Shown here piece by piece: positions 40,540-52,974 of a DNA stretch of 57,969 nucleotides (position 1 is its first letter; every line of letters begins with the position of its first letter). The DNA is from a virus. The position numbers and the translations under genes are program-made. Under the pieces are notes generated by a model, which was not told the origin of the DNA, ran no database searches, and was given only the letters and a program-made list of their open reading frames with translations. The stretch lies in IMG/VR virus record IMGVR_UViG_3300021400_000219, positions 1 through 57,969 of that record. One strand, written 5' to 3'.

Positions 40540-41151
40540 ATGGAACGTTTAATTCAAATGAAAGAATAGCTAGTATCTGCTATTCAAGGACAAATGACCA
40601 ATTTAAAAGATACTAATACAAAAGAACTTGGCGAAGCCATTGATATGGTTAAAGATTTATCTGAAGCTATTTATTATTGCACTGTTACAAAAGCAATGGA
40701 AGAACATTCAGAGAATCAAAAAATGCCAATGAGTGAAAATAACAATTATTATTATACAGAAAAATATTATCCTTATAGAGATATGGATAGAGATTCTGGT
40801 AAAATGTATTATCCTGATCATATGAATTACTATGGCGGTAATAGCGGTGGAGGTAATTCTTCTTCAAGTTCATCTTCTGAAATGAGCGGTGGACAAAGTT
40901 CTAACTATTATACTGAACGTAATTATCCAACTATGCGCGATTCAAGAGAAGGTCGCAGTCCAATGAGACGTAGAATGTATATGGAATCTAAAGCGGCTCA
41001 TCAAGATGATAAAGCTATGAATGATTTAGAAAATTATATGCGTGATTTAAATCAAGATATTATGGAAATGATTAGTCAAGCATCTCCAGAAGAAAAACAA
41101 ATGCTTCAAAAGAAAATAAACGTTTTAGCTACTAAGCTTCAAAATGTTTGA
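40540..41151 (+). CDS. Tyr/Ser-rich low-complexity protein (about 203 aa) with a C-terminal amphipathic helix
   Basis: An ATG 18 codons upstream of track ORF 40594 in the same frame is joined across one TAG. It ends at a TGA that overlaps the next ATG (ATGTTTGA). Confidence 0.5.
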
Positions 41152-41450
41152 AATAAATCATATTAATTGGGATATTAAATTAGTTTCTTTTAATCATCCA
41201 AAAGTGCGGCGAAGTGATGGTTCATTTGCACTTGGAGCTTGTGATGACACCACTAAAACAATTTATATTAGTGAAGATGTTCCAAACTATAAAATTAAAA
41301 AAGTGTTATGTCATGAAATTACTCATGCCGCAATGTTTAGTTATAATGTAAATCTTAATATAGATTAGGAAGAATTAATCGCAGATTTAATAGCAACATA
41401 TGGTGAAGAAATTATAGCCATTACAAATAAAATCTTTGCTAAAATAGCTT
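41144..41450 (+). CDS. Small putative zinc metallopeptidase with an HExxH motif (...KKVLCHEITHAAM...; ImmA/IrrE- or SprT-like), about 102 aa
   Basis: Track ORF 41144 is extended across one TAG to a TAA. Confidence 0.45.
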
Positions 41451-41451
41451 A

Positions 41452-41490
41452 AAGGGGCTAGACTTAATTGTCTAGCCCCTTATTTTTTTT
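41452..41490 (+). terminator. Bidirectional intrinsic terminator at the junction of the late (+) and replication (-) blocks
   Basis: AGGGGCTAGAC-ttaatt-GTCTAGCCCCT is a perfect 11-bp stem followed by a T8 run, with an A-run on the other side. Confidence 0.75.
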
Positions 41491-41974
41491 ACTCTCCCCA
41501 ATTAAAAGCAGCTTGTTTATTTGCGCAAGCACCTATACAAATAGCATCACAAATATCTTGAATAGGTTTAAGTCCATAATTTTCATTTACCCAAGCCTAT
41601 GCCGCACGTTTTTGTTCAGGTCGAGTTTTACCTTTTATACCTAAAACTGATTTCCAAGTTCCAGCTAAGATTGCTTCTACTGGAACTTTTAAATCTAAAC
41701 AAAGTTCATAAAGAACTCCAAAAACTTCTGCGAGAATTTTAAATGTTTGTACATTATTTACTCGCTATCCATCCATATAAATATCTTCTAAAAAAACTTT
41801 TTCAATTTGATTTTCTTGAATTAACGTTTTTACTTGTAATTTTAATTCATGTAATCGTTCATAAACATTTGTTATACTATGCAAATCAATTTTTCCATAT
41901 GAATCTAATTTTCCATCTTGAAATATAGCCCAACCACTTACATTACTTGCTTGGTCAAGTGCTAATATTTTCAT
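41489..41974 (-). CDS. ruvC: RuvC-like Holliday-junction resolvase (about 161 aa)
   Basis: Track ORF 41765..41974 (MKILALDQASNVSGWAIFQDG...) is extended downstream across two TAG codons to the TAA at 41489-41491. Confidence 0.65.
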
Positions 41975-42552
41975 CTTGAACCTGTGCTTCCAAACCCACC
42001 AGTGCGTTCAGTTTTAACAGGGATATCTTCAGAAACCGTTCCATAATAAAGAAAAATTCCTTGTCCAATTTTATCGCCTTTTTTAAGAAGAATATCTCTT
42101 GGAGATAAATTAATTAATTGGAAGTAAATATGCCCTTCATTATCAGGATTATTATAATAATCTCTATCAATAATACCTACGCCATTAGCTAATATAAGCC
42201 AATGTTTTAAAGGTAAAGAAGAACGCACTTGAAGCTGTAAATACATTTCACGAGGAATATAAGCTTTAATACCTGTTGGAACTAAAGTAGGTTTTACTTT
42301 TAGTTTTTTAGTTTCAGCTGCAAGTTCATCTAATGTTACAGTATGGTCAAATGGAAAATTCATTCTAATATTTAAATAATCAAAACCGCCACTCTCAGGC
42401 TTAAAATAAGCAGGAATAATTGTATCTTCTGCTACTATAAAATCATAACCGGCGCTATCCCAGGTTGCACGACGAGGCATTAATTCATCGTGTTCTTTAT
42501 ATTGAGAAATAAGCTCAAAGCGAGGAAAATCCATATTATTCATTCCTTTCAT
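41971..42552 (-). CDS. dut: dUTP diphosphatase (trimeric dUTPase)
   Basis: Track ORF of 193 aa with no internal TAG. It carries the dUTPase motifs ...RSSLPLKHWLILANGVGIIDRDY... and ...GGFGSTG. Confidence 0.9.
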   Translation of the reverse strand: MKGMNNMDFPRFELISQYKEHDELMPRRATWDSAGYDFIVAEDTIIPAYFKPESGGFDYLNIRMNFPFDHTVTLDELAAETKKLKVKPTLVPTGIKAYIPREMYLQLQVRSSLPLKHWLILANGVGIIDRDYYNNPDNEGHIYFQLINLSPRDILLKKGDKIGQGIFLYYGTVSEDIPVKTERTGGFGSTGSR

Positions 42553-42571
42553 AGCAAAAAATCCATATTAT

Positions 42572-42830
42572 TCTTCAATCCCTTCACCATACTTTACATA
42601 AAAATGACCTTCAGGAAACTTTTCTTCATTGAATACTTTCTTCGCCTTGACAATTTGATATTCTTCTACAATCTCGCCTTTTTCTTTAATATATTTAGTA
42701 GTATAACTAAAATTTGTTAATTGAAACATAGGATCATTAGCAAGCTCTTCATGAAGCTACTCCACTTCTTCAACAGTGCCAACACGATAAGTAGTTACAT
42801 CATTAATTAAATATTTATTCATTTGTTTTT
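42572..42830 (-). CDS. Small hypothetical protein (about 86 aa; MNKYLINDVTTYRVGTVEEVEQLHEE...)
   Basis: A protein-like frame with TAG codons that ends at TAA just upstream of dut. It is not in the track because of the TAG codons. Confidence 0.35.
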
Positions 42831-43138
42831 CTTACCTCTAATTTAATATTTTGATTTGCATGTAATGCCTTAGATTCAGCCCAAAAATCTTTTATTACTT
42901 TGTCTAAAACTATTTCTGAGCCTGTTAATTCTACTACTTCAGCTTGATTAGTTAAAGCGCCGACCGCCAAAAACTAACCAAGCGTATTTAAATTACAATC
43001 TTCTGTTAATTTTTTAACCTAATAACCTAATTCAGCCGTAGTATCAATTAAAATAATTTCTTGCTAGAATGTAAATAAGTTAGGTTTGCAAAATAACTTA
43101 ACCAAATGGCACCACTCCTCCATCATATGGAAAAAGCA
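42818..43138 (-). CDS. Small hypothetical protein (about 107 aa; MMEEWCHLVKLF...)
   Basis: The frame is open apart from three TAG codons. Its TAA overlaps the next gene's ATG (ATGA). It overlaps the 3' end of the upstream gene. Confidence 0.35.
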
Positions 43139-43628
43139 TATAACAATAAACTTCATTATCATCTTTATTTCTAAACCAAATTTCGACATGATCTTCACAA
43201 ATATCATGACTTACTATTGGTCCAATTGCTAAAGAAACTGCTAATAAAGCTGAACCTAAATCTTTTAAATCATTTGTTTCATCTTGATTATTAACAAATA
43301 CTGTATAATAAGAAGTTTCTACACTTAATAACATATAATATTTATTATTAGTTGTTTTATAATAATTATTAAAATCACTAATAAATTCTTTCATTTGATT
43401 AGTTTCATAATTTGATAATTGTCTAATAATACTACGGTTTAATTCATAAAGACTAATTTCTGGTCCTCGACCAGTGATTTCTGGAATATAAGGAATCCAT
43501 TCTCCATTCTAAAATTTATAACATTTTTTTGTTTCTTCAACAATACAAAAGTCGCCTTCATTAGCATGGTTAGCTAATAATAAAGAATTTTTTAAATCTT
43601 CAGTTTTTGCTACTCTTTTTAATTTCAT
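43098..43628 (-). CDS. Hypothetical protein (about 177 aa)
   Basis: Track ORF 43098..43394 is extended upstream across one TAG to the ATG at 43626-43628 (MKLKRVAKTEDLK...). It overlaps the NrdG stop in another frame. Confidence 0.5.
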
Positions 43629-44112
43629 TTTGCACAAACTCTCTTATATTTATTATTCTTTGATTTTTAGAACCTCTCATTGCTAAAGTAATATCACGTT
43701 CAACGGCAATAAAAGGCCCATCAATCAAGTAATCTGATAATTCTAAAACATGTTTTAAATGAGGTTTATTCTATTGAAATAAATCTTCTGCTAAATAGCC
43801 AGTCCAAACATAAATTAAAATATCAGGATAATGTTCTCTAACACTTGTTATTACTAAATCAGTTAAAAATAAATTTTCATCACATAAGGGTTCTCCACCC
43901 ATTACACTAAAATTGCGCTAAACATCATTAGCATTTAAACCTTGAAGAATCTCTTTTAAAGTATCATTAGTAAATTCTTTACCACCATTAAAATCCCAAG
44001 CTTCTGGGTTATGACAATCCTTACAATGAATTGGACAGCCTTGAGTAAAAAAAGTTAGGTTTACTTTTTTACCTGCAGCAATATCATTTTTAATAATACC
44101 TGCGTAACGCAT
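43597..44112 (-). CDS. nrdG: Anaerobic ribonucleotide reductase activating protein (radical SAM; about 172 aa)
   Basis: Track ORF 43918..44112 (…TQGCPIHCKDCHNPEAW…) is extended across two TAG codons (…GGEPLCDENL…) to a TGA. Confidence 0.8.
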
Positions 44113-46385
44113 TACTCCATCACTCCTACGTGTTTCACGCGGTGGTGAACTTCATCTTGTTTACCTAAATTAAAAGCAGTTTTATAATTGCCTGTTAAAT
44201 AACCAGTTACTCTACGCAATTGCTGAATATTCTCACTACCGCAGATAGGACAAGCATCATTTATCTCTCCTTGAAAACCGCAATCTAAACAAGTGTCACT
44301 TGGAACATTAATAGCAAAATATGGAATATCTTTATCCATAGCATAATTTACAATTTGTTCTAATGCTTCTGGATTATGAACAGCCGATGCATCTAATTCA
44401 ACATAAGTAATACATCCGGCTTGAGAATATCCTGTTAATTGACTTTCAATATCAATTTTTTCAAAAGGACTTAGCTCATGCCAAACAGGAACATGCATAC
44501 TATTTGTAAAGAATTCTTTATCTGATACAAATGGAATTTCGCCATATTTTTCTTTAAACTTTTTCATAGCTGTATAACAAAGATTTTCAGCAGGAGAGTA
44601 ATAAACTCCAAAATTAAGCTTATATTTTTGTTTGAATTCTTTGCAACGCGTATTGAATAGTTTTTCAATACGTTTAGCTAATTCCATACCTTCTGGAGTT
44701 GTATGATCTTTACCAATAAGAATCTATAAACATTCTGCCAGACCTAATTGTCCAAGACTTAGTGTCCCATGCTTAAGCGCACTAATAATTCCTTCTTCTG
44801 GCTTATATCCAAGCATTAAACCATTTTCATACATAAATTTTGCAGAAGCAGGACTTTGTGAAGCAATATAATTAAAACGTTCAATTAACATATCTTTAGC
44901 TTCATGAATTTTTTGGTCAAGATTACGAAGAAAATAGTCAATTAATTGTTGCTGACCTTGTTCAGTATTAATAAAACCATTACCTTTATCAAAAGTCTAT
45001 TTAGCTTTCATAGCTAATGTTGGAAGGATAATTGTTACAGGACAAATATTACCGCGTCCATCTTTAGTTTGTGGATTTACTCCTGGCTCTGCATTAATAT
45101 CTGCGCCATTAGCCGTGCGACAGCCCATTGTGCTGAAGTAGGTTTTAGGGTCATTAATATCATACCCCGCATTACCCGACCAATCAATATTAGCATAATT
45201 AGGATAAAGGCGTTTTGCAGTAGATTTTAGAGCTAATTGATATAAATCATAATTAGGGTCACCAGGTTCTCTATTAACACCTTTCATGCATTGGAAAATA
45301 CCACAAGGGAAAATAGAGGTTTTGTGTAATTTACCTAGCCCTTCAAGAGAAACTTCTAATAAAGCTTTAGTTACCATTCTAGCTTCTGGAATAATACAAG
45401 TACCATAATTAATAGAAGTAAAAGGTAATTGATTACCACTTCTGGATTGCAAAGTATTAAGGTTATGATACATACCTTCTACAGCTTGATGGACTTCTTT
45501 TTCTGTCATATCCATAGCATATTGATAAGCAGCTTGATGAGATTCATCATTTGCTTCAATATCATCAAAAGATAATTCTTTCGGAATAGAATCTAAATAA
45601 TCTTGATCTGTAACGCCTTCAAGATATTTTAATCCATCAATCATATGCTTACGAAAACTTTTACGCACATATGGAACCATAGTCCAATCTAAGTGTGTTG
45701 CGGATACACCACCAAATTGTTGTAAACTTTGAAGCTAGAAAATAACTGCTACTAATTGAAATGCTGTATTTACAGAACCAGCAGGACGTACATCTGTTTG
45801 ACGAGTATTAAATCCATTAGCAAGCAAATCGTCAAAAGGAATAGATAAACAATTATGATTTCCTACATAATAATTATCAAGGTCATGAATATAAATCATA
45901 TTACCTTCATGATTTTCTCTTGCTTTTTTAGAAATTAAATAATCTAATGCTAATTTTTTAGTAACAACTGCTGCTGCTTCTCCTGTGCGTCCACCAAAAG
46001 AATGCTCATCTACATTAGCATTTTGATTTTGAACATCAGTAGCTTCTAACTTTTCACGAATAGCATCAATAAAATCATGCTAATAGTTACGAGCTACTTC
46101 TTTTTTATATCTATATCTTATATAAGCTCTTGCAACATCAGGGCGTTCAGAGCGCATAAGATATTCTTCAACTAAATCTTGAATTTCTTCTACGGAACAA
46201 CTATTTCCATCTTGATATTTAAAATAATCTTCAATATCATAAGCAATATCATATGCAGTATCATCTTCATAAAGTTTACCATCTACCTCAATAAATGCTG
46301 CATTTATTGCATCTATAATTTTTTGTTTATTAAAATCGACGATATCACCATTTCGTTTAATTACAAGCAATATTATCTCCTCCAT
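44112..46385 (-). CDS. nrdD: Anaerobic (class III) ribonucleoside-triphosphate reductase (about 757 codons)
   Basis: Track ORFs 46080..46385 (ATP cone, VIKRNGDIVDF...), 44997..45680 and 44112..44687 are all in one frame (the distances are multiples of 3). The C-terminus has the Zn ribbon CLDCGF...CPICGS and the glycyl-radical motif RRVTGYL. The TAATG overlap with nrdG is present. Confidence 0.85.
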
Positions 46386-46445
46386 CTAAATATTGACTCA
46401 AAAAAGAGTATTCTACTATATTTAGTTTTTTAGGCATATTAATTA

Positions 46446-47045
46446 TTACGTGTTGTCCTTAGACTGCTCGTAGTGTTTAAGCTTTTTAAGTGTTTTATAA
46501 TGTTCCAATTCTCTTTTAATAATTTGTTCACTTTTATATAGATCTCTGGTATTATTATTCACTAGAATGTAATAATCAAAATCTATATATTTAAAATCTT
46601 TTAAATCTGAATCATATCTTCGTAAAATTTCTTTTATATCAGGATATTTTTCTCTTTGTAAGCTGCGAATTAATCTTTCTCTATCATCGCATCTAACATA
46701 TACTATTTGAGTATTTAAATTAGGATTTTTAAGTAAGGTTCTAGCAGCGGCAGGATTAGCACTTAAAACATTAATTTGAGAATAATCCAAATCTTCATGT
46801 CGAGTGCCATAATACCATCCATTAAAATTTTGCCATTCGGCAAGTTTTCCATTATCTATTTCTTGAAGAAATTCTTCTCTGGAAACAAAATGATAAGGAT
46901 GACCTTCTTTTTCTCCTGTTCGTTTAGGACGAGAAGAAACTTGAGGAACTACATGAAAATCATTAGGGTGTAACATTAATAAATGGTCAATAATAAAATT
47001 TTTACCAGAACCACTTTCTCCAATAAAAACAAGTAAATCTTTCAT
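46446..47045 (-). CDS. Guanylate-kinase-like dNMP kinase (199 aa)
   Basis: Track ORF with a P-loop GESGSGKN and SSRPKRTGE...YHFVS, a guanylate kinase-type motif. It has no internal TAG. Confidence 0.7.
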   Translation of the reverse strand: MKDLLVFIGESGSGKNFIIDHLLMLHPNDFHVVPQVSSRPKRTGEKEGHPYHFVSREEFLQEIDNGKLAEWQNFNGWYYGTRHEDLDYSQINVLSANPAAARTLLKNPNLNTQIVYVRCDDRERLIRSLQREKYPDIKEILRRYDSDLKDFKYIDFDYYILVNNNTRDLYKSEQIIKRELEHYKTLKKLKHYEQSKDNT

Positions 47046-47472
47046 ATTAAATCCTTTATTTGTAATTCATATGGTGAAATATAAAACATTTCTGGTTTAT
47101 AATCAGCATATTTAACTGTATTTTTTTGGTAATATATTTTTATATTTAAGTTTTGTTTTAAACAATACCAATGATATTTTACATTTGCATATTTTGGATT
47201 AAATCTATATTCTTCGCCAGGTTTAACAATGATATCATTTAGTATCATTTTATCAAGAGGTATTTCTACATAAGCGCCATAATCTCCAATAACTATTCGA
47301 GAATACCCCTTAGCAATAGGGTTATGAAATAAATCATATATTCCACAATTTAAATTACCATTTATATCCCACTCATTAGGAAGTTCATCAAAATAAATTT
47401 TTCTCTATTCTTGTGATATAAGAGACGGAAGTGGTTTATAATGATATTTATTTATACATTCTTCAACAGTCA
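47042..47472 (-). CDS. Hypothetical protein (about 142 aa)
   Basis: Track ORF 47042..47248 is extended upstream across one TAG to an ATG that overlaps the DnaE stop (TAATG). Confidence 0.45.
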
Positions 47473-50400
47473 TTATTCGCCACCTTCTCCTTTATATCTT
47501 TCAATTTGAAGAATTAAATCTCCATCTTTATCAATGTCTACAATATGATATAATTGATGCCCCCCAGAAGTTGCATATTTTTTAGCTATAAAAGTATCTC
47601 CTGATCGGACACCTTGCACCATAATCATACTGCCTCTATTAAACCAACTAGTTTCTTGACGATGTTTTATCCCATCTTCGCCTATTTCAGAAATAGTTTT
47701 ATCAAATAAAGCAAAATATTCTTTTCTAAATTTAACATTTACTACTCCATCAGTAGTTAAAATGGTTGCAATTCCTTTAGTTTTATTTTTAGCAATGCAA
47801 GTGCCGCAAATTTTAAAGAGTTTAAACATATTTATAGTTTTTTTACCTTTTGTAAAACTCCTGTCTATAATTGGTTCTTCTGGTAATGAATAAAAATTAC
47901 TTAATCCATATTTACCCATATTTACAGTAGATAATTCATGAGGATGATGATAAAAACAAAGAACTTCCATTTCCCAAGAAGAATAATTTCCAGAAGCATA
48001 TTTATCCCAATCTAATTTAAAGATTTGGTCATTTAATTGCTGAAGAACTTCATTACCAGATTCTTTTAACCAATCTCTAAAAATATCCATTACAGATTGA
48101 TAATATTTATCCCAAACTTTCGCTATTAAAATATTATTTCCTGAAATTATATCGTCTTTATCAATTTTAGTTAAAAAATCTATTGCGCGAGTGTCTAATT
48201 GATAATAACCTGGTAATTTATCATTTTTACAAACCGCCTTTAAATATCTATTAAATTCATAAACACTAAAAGCAAATTGTCTTTCTTCTGTATCTCTTGG
48301 AATTAAATTCATTTTATTTAATGTTGGCATATTTTGAAGTGTTAAACGAGATTTTTTATCACAAGTTTGCCAGATAAACCAAGCCATTGCTAATTTTCTA
48401 TCCATCATTTGATCAAAAGCGCCTGCTTTAATTAATGACACCATAGATTGCTTTTTTGGGCTAATCTTTTGATAGAAATCTTTAATAGATATATATGGTC
48501 TATTTGCAATAATTTCACGAACTAAATCATCATTAACATTCAATAATGCTTTCATTCCAAATAAAATTTGATGATTTTGTATGTCAGGTTTAAATCCAAA
48601 ATCAGATTGATTAATATCAACTAAACTTACATTAATACCAGCATTAATAATTTCATTTAACGCTTTTGCGATTTTACCATAATCAGTGCTTACAGTTTTA
48701 TCATCTTCAGTATCACTATTTTCATCTTCTAATGAACCACTGTTTACAACTAAACAAGCAGTATCCCAATAAATTGGGTCAAAAGAAGTTGCAAGATATA
48801 AAGTTTGAACACCTACAAAACTATATGCTAAACTATGAATAGTAGAAAAACTATATCCCATCTGCGGACCTGCGCCATATTTCCAAACATATGCACCTAG
48901 CTGAGGACTTTTTGCTTGTCCAAGAACCTTTTGATGTAATGCAGGAATTTTATCCATTTGTTTTTTACCTACTACTTTACGAGCAGAGTTTGCTTCTGCT
49001 AATGTAAATCCGCAAATATCTTTATCCATTAACATTAACATTAATTGTTCTTGGCTTGGTGGTACGCCATATGATGATTTAAAATAAGGTTCTAAGGTTT
49101 TTTGTTCATTAGGGGTTAATCCCCAACGATTCATTTCATCATACCATAATTGAATATTATTTTTAAATTTAAAATATTTATCAATAGGACGTTCTTCTTC
49201 TTCTCCCATAAGACGCAATAACCCATTTGCGTCACTCATTTCGGTAATTGAACGAGGCCGCAAACGTTTAGCTGCTTTAACGCCTTCTTGAGAATCGAAT
49301 TGAAAAATATTTATAACTGAAACGTTATCAAGTGCATCCCAAATTCTTTCATCATCTCTTGGTAAAACATTAGGATGCAAATATTTATCATAGACTTCTT
49401 TTAAAGATAATTCAGGTTCAATTTGACCATCTTGCTATAAAAATTGAATAGTTTGAACAATTTTATCTTGAACTTCTGTTACCAAGAAATCATATTTAAC
49501 ATTGCCCATATATTCTATGTCATGAAGATTCCATTGAGTAATAATTTCACCCTTTGGAGTTTTCATAAAAGCGCAATGTTCAAATGGGTCATCACTAAAT
49601 AATACAATGCCAGAAGCATGAGAAGAGCGTTTGTTATGAATACCTTCGATAGCAATGATAATTTCAGCTAAACCTGGATAATTATTTACTTCACGAACGA
49701 ATGAAGCTACTGGTTTTCTTCCTTTTTCAAGATTACCGAATAATACATCTTTTACAGGCCATAAAAATCCTCGTTCTTCTGGCACTAAAGAAGCCATATA
49801 TTGAGCTTGATCTACATCAATACCCTCTGAATAATCTTCACTTCTATAACCTCTACAGGCTGTTAAAATTGCAGATTTAGTAGTTTCAGTTCCAAAAGTA
49901 GCAATTCGTGTACATCCAAAGATTTTTGCCCATTCTGGCACATTATCATTAAATGTAGCACTTCTCTCTTGAGCAATTTTATTAATAATAGTTTTAATTT
50001 TAGAAGGACAAACGTCTATATCTATATCGCCAAGTTCTACACGATCTTCATTAAGATATCTAAAGAAAGGTAAATCCCATTCAATAGGGTCTAACTGAGT
50101 AATACCCATTAAATAATGATTTAAAGCTGCACAAGAAGAACCTCTGCCTGCGCCAATAGTAGAACCACATTCCCAAATTAAATTAATATAATGCTGAAGA
50201 GTATTAGGATATCGAAACATATTTGTTTCAAGCTTTTCACTAATAATACTTTTTACGCGAGCCTCTTCTTCTAATTCAGTAAAATATTGTTCAGCCTTTG
50301 GAGAATCACAAATTCCCAATTCATACATTTTTTCAATACATTGATTTACCCAATAACGATTTTGAATATCATCATCATGTAACATTTGACTTAAATGAGG

Positions 50401-51405
50401 ATATTTAGGATTATCTTCTCCAACACCATTAACAGTTATCCAATAAGATTTAGGATATTCTTTTACTTCTACACTTGGTACATCCTATTTATGGAATAAA
50501 GAATATCTTGAAATTTTATTATAAATTTCTAAAGAATTTTTCATAACTACTGATGCAAATTCTTCATCATTATCAAAAGTAATTGTTAAATTCTTTAATA
50601 CTTCATCAGGAGACATAAGATAAGCATATTCATAAAATAAATCTACTTCTCGTTCTCCTTCTTTAGAATTAAGATATGCTTTATGGACTTGTCTATCTTC
50701 TTTAGTTAAATAATGACTATCTGTTCCAACAGTCATTTTAATGTTATATACATTAGCAATAGAACGAAGAATCTGATTTACTCTAATTTGATCTTTAGAA
50801 GGTGCAGGCGCACATTCAATATAAAAATCATCACCAAATAAATTTAAACAAAACTTTAGAAATTCTTCTATTTTTTGATAATAAATAGTTGCATTAGAAA
50901 TATCATCTACTTCTATACAATCTTTATAAGCTATAGCTAATTGACTTAATTCTCCGCCAATGCAAGCTGTTGTTGCAATTAGATGACCAGGAAATTTATT
51001 TACTACTTCTACTAACTCAGATTTTAAAGTAGGAACTCTTTCCATTTTTCTATCTACATAAGAATTCATCCAAGCGCGAGAACTTAATTCTCGTAATGCC
51101 CTATGACCGATAGCATCTTTAGCAATTAAAATAAAATGATAATATTTTTGACCATTATCTCTAGTATCAGTTAAATAAATTTCATTACCTAAAGCTAATT
51201 TAAAATCTGGATTTCTTTCTTGTACTTTAAGCATATGCTTTTCTGCAGCTATATGAGCAGATAATACTTCATGATCAGTAATGGCTATTCCCATTAGTCC
51301 CATATCTATAGCTTTGTCAATAAGCTGTTCTGGTGTATTTATACAATCTACAAGCCGCAGATTTGAGTCGGTAGTATGGTTATGATTATTAAAATATGTA
51401 TTCAT
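47473..51405 (-). CDS. dnaE: DNA polymerase III alpha subunit (DnaE-type; about 1310 codons)
   Basis: Three track ORFs (50485..51405 PHP domain; 49435..50385 polymerase core ...GSTIGAGRGSSCAALNHYLMGITQLDP...; 47473..49380) share one frame and are separated by TAG codons, cta on the + strand at 50485-87 and 49435-37. Confidence 0.9.
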
Positions 51406-51461
51406 TTACTACCCCACTTTTTTATTTTCTATAATTATTATAACATATATTATTATATGTA

Positions 51462-52667
51462 TCAATTTTTTTGAATTACAACTAATTTTTTTGCAGCGCG
51501 TGTAATTCCTGTATATAAATATTTTTTTCTTTCTACTTGGCCCCTTGGCCATCCAGATTCTTCACAAAGTAATACTTTATCCCATTCGCTACCTTGAGCT
51601 TTCCATACACTAATAGCATAACCGAAATTAGCATGTAATGGTAAAGCAAATTTTTTATGTAAACGATATTCTTCTTTTGGATTTAAAGATGGGTTTCCTG
51701 TTAATAATTCATTATAATCAAATGATATCATATCATATTGTTCATCATCATTATCGCCTGAGATAGTGGCTGTTAAAATGGGAACTGAAAAAGAATGCCC
51801 ACGTACCCAATAAGGATAATTCCAATGAGAAATTGTCATTTGTTTTATTGTTCCAATTACACCATTAGTTAAAGGATTTTGCTGATTTGATAAAATTTCC
51901 CATTCATTATGAAGATTAATTATTTTATCTCCTACCATAGGTTCATTGGGTAATTCTTGAGCTGCTCTCATTTGATTATTAAGAATTAATTTATTACGAG
52001 TTGTAGCACATAAAACTTGGTCAGCCCATAATAGCATAGATGTGGATAACTCGGATTTATGGAACATCATAACTTGTTCATTTTTACAAGGAAAAGTGCT
52101 TAATGGATTACCTTGTCGCACATGCATTGATAAGCGAATAATTTCACTTTCTTGCGCTTGTCTCATTATTTCATCTAAAAAAATATGTGGATTATCTAAT
52201 ACATGGTTATCAGCATCTTCTCCTGGCGTATCTGAGATAGGAGATAATTGTTCAGGGTCTCCACAAGCTAAAATATAAAAATTATGTTGACATAATAGAT
52301 TCCACATTTTCCAAGGTAACATACTAACTTCATCTACTACAACTATTTTTATTTCTGATTCCATTTCAAATGGAGCTTTTGGAACAAAAACATAATTACC
52401 TGTAGGCATTCTACGTGCATGATATAAAAGCTTATGTGCTGTAGTTGGATTAGGACAATTTTTTTGTTTTAATACATTTGTTGCTTTTCCAGTATAAGCA
52501 ATATATCTTACTTCATTTTCTTGTACACCTAAAGCATCAATAATAAAACGAACAAGGGTTGATTTCCCTGTTCCCGCAAATCCTGCAATTACAGTATATT
52601 TAAATCCTGCCTGATATCTTGCAACAGCAATCTACAAACCTTCTTCTTGCTTTTTAGTTAATATCAT
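51462..52667 (-). CDS. SF1 Dda/RecD-like DNA helicase (about 402 aa)
   Basis: Track ORF 51462..52409 is extended upstream across one TAG (cta at 52632-34) to the ATG at 52665-67 and then a TAA. The Walker A motif IAGFAGTGKST and ...VVVDEVSMLP are present. Confidence 0.8.
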
Positions 52668-52926
52668 TTTTAGTTACCTTTTGTCCCATTGGACGGCATA
52701 CCCAACTAATATACTCTTGAAATTGAACATTATATCTACTTTTAAAATAATCAATTATTTCATAATCAGATAAATAATCAAAACAATATATTCCATACAT
52801 TACTTTAAATTCAGTGTCATATTTTTTTTCTATTACATCAAGTAAGTTCCAAAAATCTCGTCCATTATACATAAATTCACTAAAATCATACTTATCTAAA
52901 CATTTTATATTATATTCTTTATCCAT
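52654..52926 (-). CDS. Hypothetical protein (about 90 aa, MDKEYNIKCLDKYDF...)
   Basis: An ATG with a GGTGGA ribosome-binding site lies inside track ORF 52654..52974, whose own start is a TTG. Confidence 0.45.
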   Translation of the reverse strand: MDKEYNIKCLDKYDFSEFMYNGRDFWNLLDVIEKKYDTEFKVMYGIYCFDYLSDYEIIDYFKSRYNVQFQEYISWVCRPMGQKVTKNDIN

Positions 52927-52945
52927 ACATCCACCTCTATTATAT

Positions 52946-52974
52946 ATTATAACATTTTTTAATTTTTGATTCAA
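52946..52974 (-). promoter_or_regulatory. Sigma-70/SigA-type promoter TTGAAT-17-TATAAT driving the - strand replication operon
   Basis: - strand reading: TTGAATcaaaaattaaaaaatgtTATAATatataatAGAGGTGGAtgtATG. Confidence 0.5.

Noticed and set aside
44112-44114. nrdD and nrdG read as one fused gene
   Set aside because: NrdD ends at a genuine TAA that overlaps the nrdG ATG (TAATG). The two are separate, translationally coupled genes.
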